Origin: a virus
Taxonomy: Duplodnaviria; Caudoviricetes
DNA: 41,644 nucleotides
Direction: 5' to 3' (one strand)
IMG/VR virus record: IMGVR_UViG_3300032285_002367
Coordinates: 1-41,644 of that record
Of this stretch, positions 16,682-27,100 are shown in pieces. The translations under genes were made by a program, and so were the position numbers. Every line of letters begins with the position of its first letter. The first letter of the stretch is position 1. A model generated the notes under the pieces. That model ran no database searches. It was not told the DNA's origin and was given only the letters and a program-made list of their open reading frames with translations.

Positions 16682-16824
16682 TGAACAACATAGTAAGAGC
16701 ACGAGTAAATAGTGATGTTAAACAACAAGCTGAAGTAATTTTAAAGGCTCATGGACTTTGTTTATCCGTTGCCATTCGGATGCTTTTAACCAAAATAGCT
16801 AGAGAAAAAGAATTTAAATTATGA
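16681..16824 (+). CDS. RelB/DinJ-family antitoxin-like RHH protein, short (47 aa)
   Basis: Not in track. IVRARVNSDVKQQAEVILKAHGLCLSVAIRMLLTKIAREK matches the DinJ/RelB N-terminus (VRARI...LK..A..VL...GL..S.A.R..LT..ARE); coupled on both sides. Confidence 0.8.
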   Translation: MNNIVRARVNSDVKQQAEVILKAHGLCLSVAIRMLLTKIAREKEFKL

Positions 16825-16967
16825 GCGGCTGGTTAATCATTCTTACTGGAATAATTTATGCGTATATATCCGGAGAACAGTATTTCAAAGGTAACGTGGG
16901 CATGGCTATTTGCTACGCTGGTTATGCTCTTGGTAATGTGGGTCTTTATATGATGGCGACAAAATGA
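16821..16967 (+). CDS. Small two-helix membrane protein (48 aa)
   Basis: MSGWLIILTGIIYAYISGEQYFKGNVGMAICYAGYALGNVGLY; ATGA overlaps. Confidence 0.7.
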   Translation: MSGWLIILTGIIYAYISGEQYFKGNVGMAICYAGYALGNVGLYMMATK

Positions 16968-17167
16968 AAAACAAATTGGTAGAAGAGGCGCCTTACCATC
17001 CGGGTTATGAAGATGCTGGGTTTGAGCCTGCAAAGTTTAAAGATTTATCAAACGAGGAAATAAAAAAAATTTGGTGCGAAGTCTATGACTTCAAAGATTA
17101 TGATTGTTTAACAGAACTTGATTATAAATTTTGCAGAGAAATAATTAAAAAGGCACAAGAGAAATAA
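16964..17167 (+). CDS. Hypothetical protein
   Basis: EAPYHPGYED motif; C-terminal LSNEEI...KKAQEK module. Confidence 0.7.
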   Translation: MKNKLVEEAPYHPGYEDAGFEPAKFKDLSNEEIKKIWCEVYDFKDYDCLTELDYKFCREIIKKAQEK

Positions 17168-17526
17168 TGGATAAGAACGAACAACTAGCATTTAATATTG
17201 GGTATGCTACAGGAGCTGTTACAACAGGGATTGTGATTGCTTGTGTGGTCTTTATTGGCGTAATGGTTTCTAAGCCGGCATGTGCACAACAGAGCTGGGA
17301 GACAAGCCCGTACAACTGGCAGAACAGTCAGTACAACTACGATAACAGCAGCACGAAATGGGAAAACAGTCCACAAAACTGGAACAATAGTCAATACAAC
17401 TACAACGCTAATAATGGGGTTTACGATAATAGAGGAAAACGTATTGGCTATGAGACTATAGCACCTAGTGGTACAGTAAATTATTTTGACAACGATGGCA
17501 GACGCCATGGATATAGGAGTAAGTGA
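17167..17526 (+). CDS. Membrane-anchored/exported protein with N/S/Q/Y/W repeats
   Basis: TM segment followed by WETSPYNWQNSQYNY and WENSPQNWNNSQYNY. Confidence 0.75.
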   Translation: MDKNEQLAFNIGYATGAVTTGIVIACVVFIGVMVSKPACAQQSWETSPYNWQNSQYNYDNSSTKWENSPQNWNNSQYNYNANNGVYDNRGKRIGYETIAPSGTVNYFDNDGRRHGYRSK

Positions 17527-17677
17527 TGGTGGATTACAGTGAAACAATGTTAAGTATCAACAAGTCTTTAAAGCAGGTTCATGATTCTTTGCTGGCTGGA
17601 GATAAAAAAGCTGCCGTAGGAATGTTATTAGCGGTCGCAGCAAGTGCTGAAATGTTGGCTGCATGGATTAAAAACAA

Positions 17678-18553
17678 TTGAAGATAACTAATAAATACGG
17701 ATTACCGGAAACGATAGTTCAAGCGGTAAAGCGTCCTACCTATTCAAAAGGTGCATCGCATATGTCGGTCACTGGCCTACTCACTAGTCCAAGGATTGTC
17801 CAGCTGCGGGAGAAATACGACCACCTGATAGAGCAGGATGTTACAGAGCTTATTCCGTCTTTATGGGGTACGGCAATGCATTACATCCTAGAACAAGGCA
17901 AAGTACCCGGTCATATCGTAGAAGAGCGTCTTTTTGCTGAGCTAGATGGTTGGAGTGTCTCAGGAGCTGTTGACTTGCAGATTGAGTCCGACAAAGGCAT
18001 TGAGATTAACGACTATAAGAATGTTGGTGCTTGGGCGGTAATGAATGAAAAGAAAGAATGGGAAGAGCAGCTTAACTGTTATGCTTGGCTAGTAGAGTAT
18101 GTAAAAAAAGCTCCCGTTCATAAGCTTGCTATCATCGCTATTGTTAGAGACTGGAATAAGCGGGATGCTCAAACTAAAGAAGGTTATCCAGAGGCTCGTG
18201 CGGTCGTCATACCAATTAAGTTATGGACAATGGAGCAGCGGGAATTATTTATCCGTAGCAAAATTCATATTCATTCCGAGGCTAAATTTGCAACAGATGC
18301 AACAGAAGTGTTACAATACTGTACAGCAGAGGAAATGTGGGAAAGACCGACAGTCTATGCCGTTAAGAAAGACGGCAATCAAAGAGCAAAGTCTTTACAC
18401 GATGTATTAGAAGATGCAGAGGCAGAAGTAAATAAATTGGGCAAAGGATACGTGCTTGAAACACGCAAAGGCAGGAGAGTGCGTTGTGAAGAGTATTGCC
18501 AAGTAGCCCCATATTGTGACCAATACAAAGCGTATTTAGAGGAAAACCAATGA
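17678..18553 (+). CDS. PD-(D/E)XK exonuclease (Cas4/RecB-like phage recombination nuclease)
   Basis: GTAMH..LE, EERL, SGAVDL, DYK, QLN.Y and C-terminal RC..YC....YC. Confidence 0.85.
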   Translation: MKITNKYGLPETIVQAVKRPTYSKGASHMSVTGLLTSPRIVQLREKYDHLIEQDVTELIPSLWGTAMHYILEQGKVPGHIVEERLFAELDGWSVSGAVDLQIESDKGIEINDYKNVGAWAVMNEKKEWEEQLNCYAWLVEYVKKAPVHKLAIIAIVRDWNKRDAQTKEGYPEARAVVIPIKLWTMEQRELFIRSKIHIHSEAKFATDATEVLQYCTAEEMWERPTVYAVKKDGNQRAKSLHDVLEDAEAEVNKLGKGYVLETRKGRRVRCEEYCQVAPYCDQYKAYLEENQ

Positions 18554-18765
18554 GTGCAAATGGTATGCAGGTAGGCGGTACGCATTACTCAAAGAATGCA
18601 ATCCAGCCATGGGATTATATAGTTGCCAATGACCTTGGCTATCTTGAGGGAAATATTGTGAAATACGTTTCCCGTTACCGGTTTAAGAATAATGTTGAGG
18701 ACTTGCGTAAAGCCCAGCACTATTTGGAAAAGTTAATTGAAGTAGTACTTAACGAGGAGAAGTAA
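18550..18765 (+). CDS. DUF3310 (SaV-like) protein
   Basis: QVGG.HY...IQPWD...GN..KY..R...K..EDL.KA.HYL. Confidence 0.88.
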   Translation: MSANGMQVGGTHYSKNAIQPWDYIVANDLGYLEGNIVKYVSRYRFKNNVEDLRKAQHYLEKLIEVVLNEEK

Positions 18766-18907
18766 TGAAGACGAGGCAAGAAATGATTTACGATTTTATG
18801 TTGGCATTAGCTGCAAATCCTGACATGACAAATTGTGAACCAACAGAAGTTATTTACAAGTTTGCCGCAACTTTAGCGGACGAATATCTTTCAAATCAAG
18901 GATAACC

Positions 18908-19609
18908 ATGGAATATAAAGAACTGAGACAGATAGATGTCTCTAAATACACCGAGAAGAAGAATAATCTCACGTATCTATCTTGGGCATGGGCTGTAGAC
19001 CAATTATTGCTAGCTGACCCTAAAGCACATTGGTTTTATCCAGAGTATCAACGCTGGGGCAATGGTTCGGTAATGGTATTTTGCACCGTTATCGCCAATG
19101 ACATCGCCCGTACAGCACAGCTTCCAGTAATGGACTATCGGAATAAGCCAATTTCTGAGCCGGATTCTTTTGCCGTCAATACTGCTATGCAACGTTGTCT
19201 TGCTAAGGCAATCGCCCTACATGGTATTGGGCTATACATATATAACGGTGAAGACATTCCACCGGATAGCGAAGATGATGCACCTAAGCAGCCGCCTAAA
19301 GTTGCTAACATTCCAGCACCAAAGGCAGCGGTTGAAAAAGCTGCAGCCACAAAGACTGGAAAGACTGCGGGTAAACCCGGAGATTGGCAGCTTACTGTTA
19401 TGGAGACAGAAGACGTTAACGCATGGATGGAGTCATTAAAAGCCGGCGTAGAGACTTTACTGGCTCTGGCGGTACATCCAGACGATGTAGCCAATATCTT
19501 TAAGAATAATCGTGTTGTGTTTGATAAGGCAAAAGAGTTAGACGAAAAAGCATATGCACAGATTATGGTAAGTTTTTCAGCAACAAAAAAATTATTAACT
19601 AAGGAATAA
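18908..19609 (+). CDS. Sak3/DUF1071-like single-strand annealing protein
   Basis: LTYLSWAWA, LPVMDYRNK, RCLAKAIALHGIGLYIY.GED. Confidence 0.88.
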   Translation: MEYKELRQIDVSKYTEKKNNLTYLSWAWAVDQLLLADPKAHWFYPEYQRWGNGSVMVFCTVIANDIARTAQLPVMDYRNKPISEPDSFAVNTAMQRCLAKAIALHGIGLYIYNGEDIPPDSEDDAPKQPPKVANIPAPKAAVEKAAATKTGKTAGKPGDWQLTVMETEDVNAWMESLKAGVETLLALAVHPDDVANIFKNNRVVFDKAKELDEKAYAQIMVSFSATKKLLTKE

Positions 19610-19611
19610 CT

Positions 19612-19881
19612 ATGGAATACGAAGTAAGACCAAACACCGGCTCACTACACATCTCTTCACAAAAGCGTACCGAGAAGTCTCCCGATTTCTTTGGCACCAT
19701 TGCCATTGACAGAGAATACGCCAAGCTCTTATTGGAGCAGTCTGATGATGAGACTATTTCTGTTAAGTTGTCCGCATGGAAACGGGAATCCAAGACCGGA
19801 AACAAATTCCTATCACTTGCAGTAGATACTTATGTCAAAGACGCAGCACCTAAATCTACGGACAAAGACCCATGGGAGTGA
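19612..19881 (+). CDS. Putative phage ssDNA-binding protein
   Basis: Follows the SSAP; K.PD..G.I...LSAWK..S..G..FLSL, acidic DPWE tail. Confidence 0.65.
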   Translation: MEYEVRPNTGSLHISSQKRTEKSPDFFGTIAIDREYAKLLLEQSDDETISVKLSAWKRESKTGNKFLSLAVDTYVKDAAPKSTDKDPWE

Positions 19882-20028
19882 AAATTAAAGAGAAGATTTT
19901 AGATGACCTAAAAGACGCTCTCAAAGACACTATCAAAGACAATATGGAAAAAGACATTGTGATTAAAGACTTGATGTTAATTATTCATTATCTTGAAACC
20001 AAGCTGGGAATCTATAAAGGATTTGAGG

Positions 20029-20442
20029 ATGCAGACGAGTCAGTTTGAGGCTAAAAAAGTCGCTCTTAAACAGACCAAGGATGGATATGTTATGAACTTA
20101 GCTATCCATCCGGACGAAATACCCGACGAAATTGTAAAAGATTTTGTTGGGGCTCGTTATATGGTTGTGATGGTGCGCCTTGCAGACAATGAAGAACCAT
20201 TAAATCGTGAAGAGTTTGCTGGTGCTCAGATGGTTAAGCTAGCAGGAATGTTATGCAGGGAAAAAGAGTTTTGGGAATACTTACATGAGAGCGGTCAGTT
20301 ATTTGAAATGACTGAGCCAGCTTGTGTGGAATGGTTAACTGGTTACTTAAAGATTAACTCGAGAGCTGATATTAAAATTAACAGGCTAGCCCAAGACGAA
20401 CTAAAAGAACTATACACGGAGTACAAAGAGTGGAAAAACTAA
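20029..20442 (+). CDS. Hypothetical protein
   Basis: GAGG RBS before ATG (MQTSQFEA); C-terminal I.SR..I motif. Confidence 0.7.
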   Translation: MQTSQFEAKKVALKQTKDGYVMNLAIHPDEIPDEIVKDFVGARYMVVMVRLADNEEPLNREEFAGAQMVKLAGMLCREKEFWEYLHESGQLFEMTEPACVEWLTGYLKINSRADIKINRLAQDELKELYTEYKEWKN

Positions 20443-20708
20443 TCCCGTACAGCTTGTACCTTCCCCAAGAGCATATCAATAAGCTCAAGGGAATGGCTAA
20501 ACAAAGAAAGGCTTCCGCATTTATACGGGACGCCTTAATTATGGCTTTAGAAAACGGCAAAGAATTTAACAGTGGTTATAACAAAGGAATACGGGACGCC
20601 TGCAAAGTGGTTGCTGAAAATGAGCACCTTAAATTCTTGTCTTATAAGGGGAAACCTATGAATTCTATGCTTGTCGACCAACTTAAAATGTTAGCTAAAA
20701 ATGGATGA
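20430..20708 (+). CDS. RHH-like DNA-binding protein
   Basis: PYSLYLPQEHINKLK..AK...ASAFIRDAL. Confidence 0.55.
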   Translation: MEKLIPYSLYLPQEHINKLKGMAKQRKASAFIRDALIMALENGKEFNSGYNKGIRDACKVVAENEHLKFLSYKGKPMNSMLVDQLKMLAKNG

Positions 20709-20809
20709 TAAAAAGCATATGCGATTCTTGGCGGCGTGTTTTGCCTTGACGATAGCAGAACCTAAGAAAGCGGTACAACTAGCAGACGAACTCATGGAGG
20801 AGTTATACG

Positions 20810-21914
20810 GTGAAAAAAATATTGATAATGGGATTGCTGCTGTTGTCCCTAAACGTAAACGCAGCCGGAATAATAGCTGAGCTTGAGAATGAAGGCGGCG
20901 GTACCATTGCACTTACAGATATTGGTTGTAAAACTGTTGTTGGTGCCAATATCGCTTACTCTAATCATCGTAATGGGAAACATATTCTAGGATGCTGGGT
21001 ATCAGACAAAGAGAACGTGTACGTAAAATGGTCTGATGGAGATATTAGGGAATACCCTTGGGTAAACTTTAAAAGAGATACCAAAATATGAATGCAGGTG
21101 AATTAGCTGACGCACTGGACACGATTGGCGATAAATACCTTATTATACTGGGCGACATTGAATTTAAAAAAGCTGCCGATTTTATACGCCAGCAGGAAAA
21201 AGAACTAACCGAGGCTGGGCATATGATTGGTGTGTTGCGAGAGTACATCTCTGACCTTGAAAAAGGATTAGAGTCTTCTATTAACTTAAATAAAGCACAA
21301 GCAGAAAGACAACAGAAATGAAACACTTTGACATGGAAGTATTTATAAAAGACCTTGATAAGCTATTTAATGATATGCAGGACAAGGCACTTGCTGGTTC
21401 TGAGAATGTGGCTACCGCATCTTGGGTTATAAAAAATCAACAAGCTGAAATAGAGTATTGGAAACAAATGTTTGAAAAAGCTATGAAAACGCAGGAATCA
21501 GATAAACACTGGGAGAAACACTTATGACTACATTTACTTCAGAAGACCGCATTTTGGCACAGAAAGATATAGACTTAGAAGAGGTTATACTAGCGCTTAA
21601 GGCTGCTGGATTTGCTGCCCCAGATTATGAAATATTACCTGACGGAAGTACACATCTCTTTTATGGACAAAAAGACCGCAATACTCCAGTACCTCTCCAA
21701 GAATCCGGGGATAAAGAGTCCTGATATAGACTTAGGGATTAATAACTCATCCCTAGGAATTCATCTTAGAAACCTCCAAGATAAAGGTCTAGTCGTGAAA
21801 ACACAGTCCGGTGGATGGCAGGTATCAGAGAACTACATAATGACAGCGCAGCCCCTATTAGAGACGCCCATAGACCTTGTTGGAATGTGCGTCCGGAAAA
21901 TGATTGATGTATAG
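20810..21914 (+). other. Small genes: exported protein 20810-21091, 21088-21321, 21318-21527, 21524-21724, wHTH-like ~21663-21914
   Basis: Signal peptide in 20810; ILQYL..NPG......L..L..KGLV in the last gene. Confidence 0.6.
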
Positions 21915-22194
21915 GAATAAGAAGTTACTTGAAATACTTAGAAAATCCCCATGCCAAGAGTGTGGTAGAGAAGACGGCACAGTTGTGGCTGCACATTCCA
22001 ATCAGCTTCGGGACGGTAAAGGCAGAGGAATTAAAGCAGATGATTACCGAGTCGCAGCATTGTGCTACTCGTGCCACATGGAGCTCGACCAAGGCAAATC
22101 GCTCTCTAAGGTTGAACGTGTTGAAATATGGGAAGAGGCACACCGCAAAACTATTGGCTGGCTTTTTGAAACAGAGCACCTAGAAGTAAGGTAG
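21904..22194 (+). CDS. Zn-binding putative nuclease (DUF1364/YbcO-like)
   Basis: PCQECG..DGTVVAAHSN...GKGRGIKA.D...A.LCYSCH. Confidence 0.8.
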   Translation: MMYRNKKLLEILRKSPCQECGREDGTVVAAHSNQLRDGKGRGIKADDYRVAALCYSCHMELDQGKSLSKVERVEIWEEAHRKTIGWLFETEHLEVR

Positions 22195-22239
22195 GGGGCG
22201 ACCGAAGGTCTGGACGCAGAGGAACGCCGCTACCCCCTA
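22192..22239. terminator. GC-rich stem at the convergence of middle and late transcription
   Basis: TAGGGGG(22192-98)/CCCCCTA(22233-39) enclosing GACC-GAA-GGTC; no long U tract. Confidence 0.4.
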
Positions 22240-22584
22240 TAGTTCTAGTGGGTCAAACCCTAATTCGTCTGATATAACTTTAGTGCGCCGTCTAAATTCG
22301 GCATCGTGGTGGCTCCATTTTGGAGTCTTCCAGCGACTCATATGAACGCATTCATGGATTAAAACACGGATAACTGTTGATAAATGTCCGCATTTCTTGT
22401 CTGAAATAGTAATAATATGTTCGTAGTCTTCCCCATCATCATAAAGATAGGTGCCCATAGTCTCTGGGTCTGAATCTACAATAAACTTAATCTGCTCTGG
22501 CAACGGCATAGGCCACCGTTGAAACGGCTTCATACAGTAGATAGCACTGTATAGATTGCGCAGAATAGATGGAGTTAGTTTCAT
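22237..22584 (-). CDS. SprT-like zincin metalloprotease
   Basis: LIHECVH...H..EF motif. Confidence 0.75.
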   Translation of the reverse strand: MKLTPSILRNLYSAIYCMKPFQRWPMPLPEQIKFIVDSDPETMGTYLYDDGEDYEHIITISDKKCGHLSTVIRVLIHECVHMSRWKTPKWSHHDAEFRRRTKVISDELGFDPLEL

Positions 22585-23072
22585 ACCAAAAACTTGTTGC
22601 TCTTCTGTAAATTAACTATAGCTGGTACAACCCTTAGATTTTCATATACATGCAAGCCACAAACTAAATTATTTTTTAAAGGAACAATATGGTCAACATG
22701 CCACTTTTCCCCAGTGTTTGCGGTAAACATAGCTGCTAACGAATAAAGAGCTTGTATACGTGTTTTATTAGCCCAAGATGGAGTGGCATTAATTCTCCAT
22801 GCTTTTCTTGCCATAGATTTCATAGCGCCTTTTGCTTTATGCTTTCTGCGGGATTTTTGGGTGGTTATTTTAACTATTTCTGGATTTGCCTTGTTATATG
22901 CAATTGCCCTATCAACAGCACGTTTTTTAAATTCAGGGTCATTTCGATAGGCTGCAACTTTTTCTGCATTTCTTTGCTCATATTTTTGTCTAGACTCACG
23001 AACACGCTCAGGATTGGCATGTGCCCACGTTTTTTTGCGTTCGTATTCTTTTTGTTGTTGCTCGGTTCTCAT
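22581..23072 (-). CDS. HNH endonuclease (free-standing, homing-type)
   Basis: ATP.W, HVDHIVPL....VCGLHV..NL......N..KSN. Confidence 0.88.
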   Translation of the reverse strand: MRTEQQQKEYERKKTWAHANPERVRESRQKYEQRNAEKVAAYRNDPEFKKRAVDRAIAYNKANPEIVKITTQKSRRKHKAKGAMKSMARKAWRINATPSWANKTRIQALYSLAAMFTANTGEKWHVDHIVPLKNNLVCGLHVYENLRVVPAIVNLQKSNKFLV

Positions 23073-24031
23073 ACTCTAGTTAAGCACCCTCTAAATTCTA
23101 TTAAATCGTCATCAAATACTTGGATAAGTTCTGGCAATATAAGTCGCCCCTTTTCCCATGATAACAAAGCAAATCCAGAACGCCAATCCTTTGGACCATC
23201 TTCAGTATAGTGTAAAAATTGACCTCCATTTGGGTCCGCTAGAGTGCCTGTTTGGACGCCATATCGGGTTCCGTTGTAGTCGGTGATAGGTTGCACTGCC
23301 AAATTGTGTGTGTGCCCTGTAACCATGTTTACGCCCGAATTAAGGGCATTGGCTCTTCCGGCTCCAAAACCACCTTTCCAGCGGTGTTTAATGCAGGTAT
23401 CCTCATTAACCCAATATGACCAACAAGGCTGCCAATGCGGAAAATGGTCTTTAAGGGTAAACCCTGATACCCCTTCATATTGAGGAACCTGAGCTGCAAG
23501 GAAAGTCTCAAAGCGGGCGTCGTGATTTCCCATTGTCCATATAAGTTCAGCACCAATAGCTTCTTTTTGGATATTTCCCATGAAGTCTTGACAGGCTTCT
23601 AATTCTTCTTTGACTGATGGGCTATGTGTCCAGCCAATTCTAGGATGTCGACTATTTTGAGCGCCGTCAAATACGTCTCCATTTGCAATCACGACTTTAG
23701 GACGGAATTCTTTAATAATCATTAAGAGTGCTTTATAAGCCGTTGTATATTCGTCAGGCCAGAAATGGGCATCTGAGAAGACTACAACCCTACCCTTTTC
23801 CATCTCAATGCCCCTGCGGGCATTTCCAATAACTTGTTCTAGCTTTTTTAGGGGGCTATATCTTTGGTCTTCTAAAGTAGGAAGTTTAATATTTAAACGG
23901 CTCTCTATGGAGCGACGCCGGTTGTATACCGACCTAACGTCTAATCCGTGTTCTTTAGCAAACTTATGCGGACTGCCAATTTTTTTCCAAGACTCTATAA
24001 ATTGGTCATCCGTTAAAAAATATTTAGCCAC
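23069..24031 (-). CDS. Calcineurin-like metallophosphoesterase with N-terminal HTH-like region
   Basis: SDAH, NGDVFD, GNHD, GHTH motifs. Confidence 0.88.
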   Translation of the reverse strand: MAKYFLTDDQFIESWKKIGSPHKFAKEHGLDVRSVYNRRRSIESRLNIKLPTLEDQRYSPLKKLEQVIGNARRGIEMEKGRVVVFSDAHFWPDEYTTAYKALLMIIKEFRPKVVIANGDVFDGAQNSRHPRIGWTHSPSVKEELEACQDFMGNIQKEAIGAELIWTMGNHDARFETFLAAQVPQYEGVSGFTLKDHFPHWQPCWSYWVNEDTCIKHRWKGGFGAGRANALNSGVNMVTGHTHNLAVQPITDYNGTRYGVQTGTLADPNGGQFLHYTEDGPKDWRSGFALLSWEKGRLILPELIQVFDDDLIEFRGCLTRV

Positions 24032-24110
24032 GTTATTTCCCTCTGTTAGTCAACGCTAACCAGATAATACCTTGATTTATAAGACATTTGTGTGAAATTA
24101 GGGTATGTCC

Positions 24111-27100
24111 CTATTTCTTTAGCGACTTTCTCATTTCCTCGACTTGTCTTGCCATATCTGACATCATAATTTTGATGCGTGCCATCTCATCTCTGCGGTC
24201 TGCTGGGTCTATTGCTTGATTGGTTTCTACCATACGGGCTTGCTTACGCAGCTGAGCCAATTGTTTAGTAGTTTGGTCATAAACTTTGGCAAGAGCAATA
24301 TCATCACCCTTCTCTTCCATGATTTTCTGTAGCTTCTCAGAGTCGCCAATTTCGGCGTAGTGACGCATATCTGCTAAGGCCGACTGGATTCTTTCATTGT
24401 TCTGATAGAACTGTGTCATGTACTTAGATTGAGTCTCCGGCATTGTCTTAATAAAGCCAAGTGCTAATGTATCAATGATTGGCGGATGAACCTTTGCACC
24501 TTCTTGGAATGGCTCTACAGCTCTATCTGCAGTCGATACGGCAGTAGCACCCATCCAGCCTAAGTAAGCCTTAATAGCGTAATCCATTTGAATAGGAGAG
24601 AACCCTTGTGCATCTGGATTAAATGTTAATACTTTAGCTGCTGCTTCAGACACACCGCCTAATGCCTTGGCAATGCCGCTTGTCTTCTCAGTAGCCCGCT
24701 CTTGCTTAGATAAACGCTCCATACCAGCAGATTCGATTGGAGCACCAGTAAAGCTGTCTTTATTAGAATACAGGTCAATCATCGGCTTAATCATTTGTGG
24801 CATTGGATTAAGAGAGAATGTATCCATCAAGATAGAGTTCAGACGATTACCAAAGACTTTGCCTTCTACATTCTCATCTGTAATCTGTTCAAGTGTACGC
24901 TCTGCAATCGTTCCAAGGGCGCCAATTTCAAATGGCTTAGGAATACGGAACTGGGTATCACCGACTTTAAACCACCAAAAGTTATCTCTATCCCAATCTT
25001 CACGGCGTTGGAAGTCTTCATCGTCTTTATATGCGCTGTAAAGGACTATAGATGCCAACATAATTGCGCTAGAGACCGCTGTAAATCGTGCTGCCTTTTT
25101 CTTATCATCAATATCTAATGGTTTACCCGTAGCCATATTGTAGATAACACGGGAAGTCGGAGAAATTCCGTCTCTACCTAACTTGTATAGACCCTGTAAT
25201 CGGGCATTAAAGAATGGAACTACAGAACCAATTACTTTAATTGCACGGAACTGACCTTGCATAGAGAAGTCCATGAGGTCACGGGCTGCATATGATGCCT
25301 CTAAATGAGACTTACCGCTATCAATTAACTTTTTATAAAGCGCTAGACGGTTAGCATTCTCAAATTTATTACCTTGTTCGTTATACCAATCTAATGCTTT
25401 CTGTAAATTAGCTTTGACCTTTTCCGGTGTATCCAAAATTGTTCCGGTAGATACGCCTTTGTCAATCAGTCGCTTAATTAGCTTAGCTTGGTTGCCTTCG
25501 TGAGCTGTGCCCATTTCAAAAATGCCGCCGCCAGCCAATGCTGCTACGAATGTTGGATTACCCTTTTTGGATAATGCCAATCCATCATAAATATTGCTTG
25601 CAAGATTAGGCGATAAATCGGAAATAGCGATAGAAGATAAAGAGTCACGGATTAAGTTGCGTACCTTATAAGCTGGGCTTAAAGTGACGCCATAACGTAA
25701 TGCATTAGTAAATCCTTTGGCAATATCCAAGAATGCTGACTTTGGTCCAAGATAAGAGATAGTAGAAATAGCATCTACTAGGTCTGGGTCTGACAGCGTA
25801 TAGTGAGCTGTCTTACCTTCTTGCATAATCTTAACGGTATTAGCAGGATACTTGCCATCCATCGGCTTAGACTTCTCTGCTACATCCATCATCTCTGCAG
25901 CTTTAATTGTATTTTGTGCTGCAATATTTTTAACGGATGCTGACAGGATATGTGACCAGTTAAGCAGCACGTTTTCCATTAAGTCATTTGTCTTCTTCTC
26001 GCCGCCTTTTAAGGCTTTGCTAAAGTATTGACCGGTTAACTTAGAGGATGAGCTGACAGATTGAACATCGCCGTCTTCCATGGCTTTATAGAATGGAATG
26101 TAGTAGATGTCATTAGAGAAGTTCTGATAACCTTCTGCATCAATAATGCCGGCTTCTTTGGCTACGTTCAATACGGAACGATTTAAAGCGTTCTCTTCAT
26201 TTAATGCAGTCTTATAGACATCTAAACGAGATTTGCCGTCCAGCTGGCCTTTAGTTAATTCATTGCGTCCTGCAATAACATCTGCTGGGAAAGACGGACG
26301 TGCCGGCTCTTTTAACTCTTTTCTTGCTTTTGGAGGAATCTGTTTCCATCTTTCATAGCGTTCTGCAATTTGAGCATCACGACTTAATGCTTTCCATATT
26401 TGGTATTGGTCTACTTCTGAACCTAATGGAGCAAGAATTTCTAATAAACCTTTTGTGCCGGGCTTAATGTTTAGCGCCCCGTTATCTAGGAATACTTGAC
26501 CGTACTCTAGCAATCCTTGAAGACCGCCGTCAATAGACTTAGACAGACGGGCTTGCATATATGCTTCATCGGAATAGTTTTTAATGGCACGGAACTCATC
26601 AAATACACCAGTTACCATGCGGTCAAAGAAGTTAGTCTTTAGATTATCAAACTTCTCTTTAACAGTAGCCTTCTCTTGAGTAAACTGTTTGCGTATCTTT
26701 TCAGCATAATTTGGGTCTACATTAGAGAAGTCTGCCTGCATTGCAGAACGGCTTTGTAAAATATCAACATCTTCTGGATTAAATTCTCCAGTATTACCAA
26801 TAGCAGATTTAATTTGATTGGAATCAAAAGCTACCCAATGATTGCCGCCATCTTGAAAACCATCGTACCCACCAGCTTTTAAAACACGTTGCATGGCACT
26901 GGTAGGAAAGCTAATATTTGGAAAAATTCCGGGAGCATAACTTCTTCCAGATTCGCCACGCTCTTTCATAATTTCTGTTTTTTCTTTTGCGTATATTGCA
27001 GCTCTTTCGCCAAGGTGAGAATTGCTCTTAATAACCTCTTCTTCGTATGCTTTAAGCATCTTAGGTGTTACTTTGCTACCTTTAACAAAAGGATTTTTAA

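Noticed and set aside
17678-18553. Cas4-like gene as evidence of CRISPR
   Set aside because: No repeat-spacer array or other cas genes; context is a phage exonuclease-SSAP-SSB module.
22192-22265. HDV-like ribozyme suggested by a UUCCUC loop on the minus strand
   Set aside because: No P1.1 GG, P4 or J4/2 catalytic segment in the required order.
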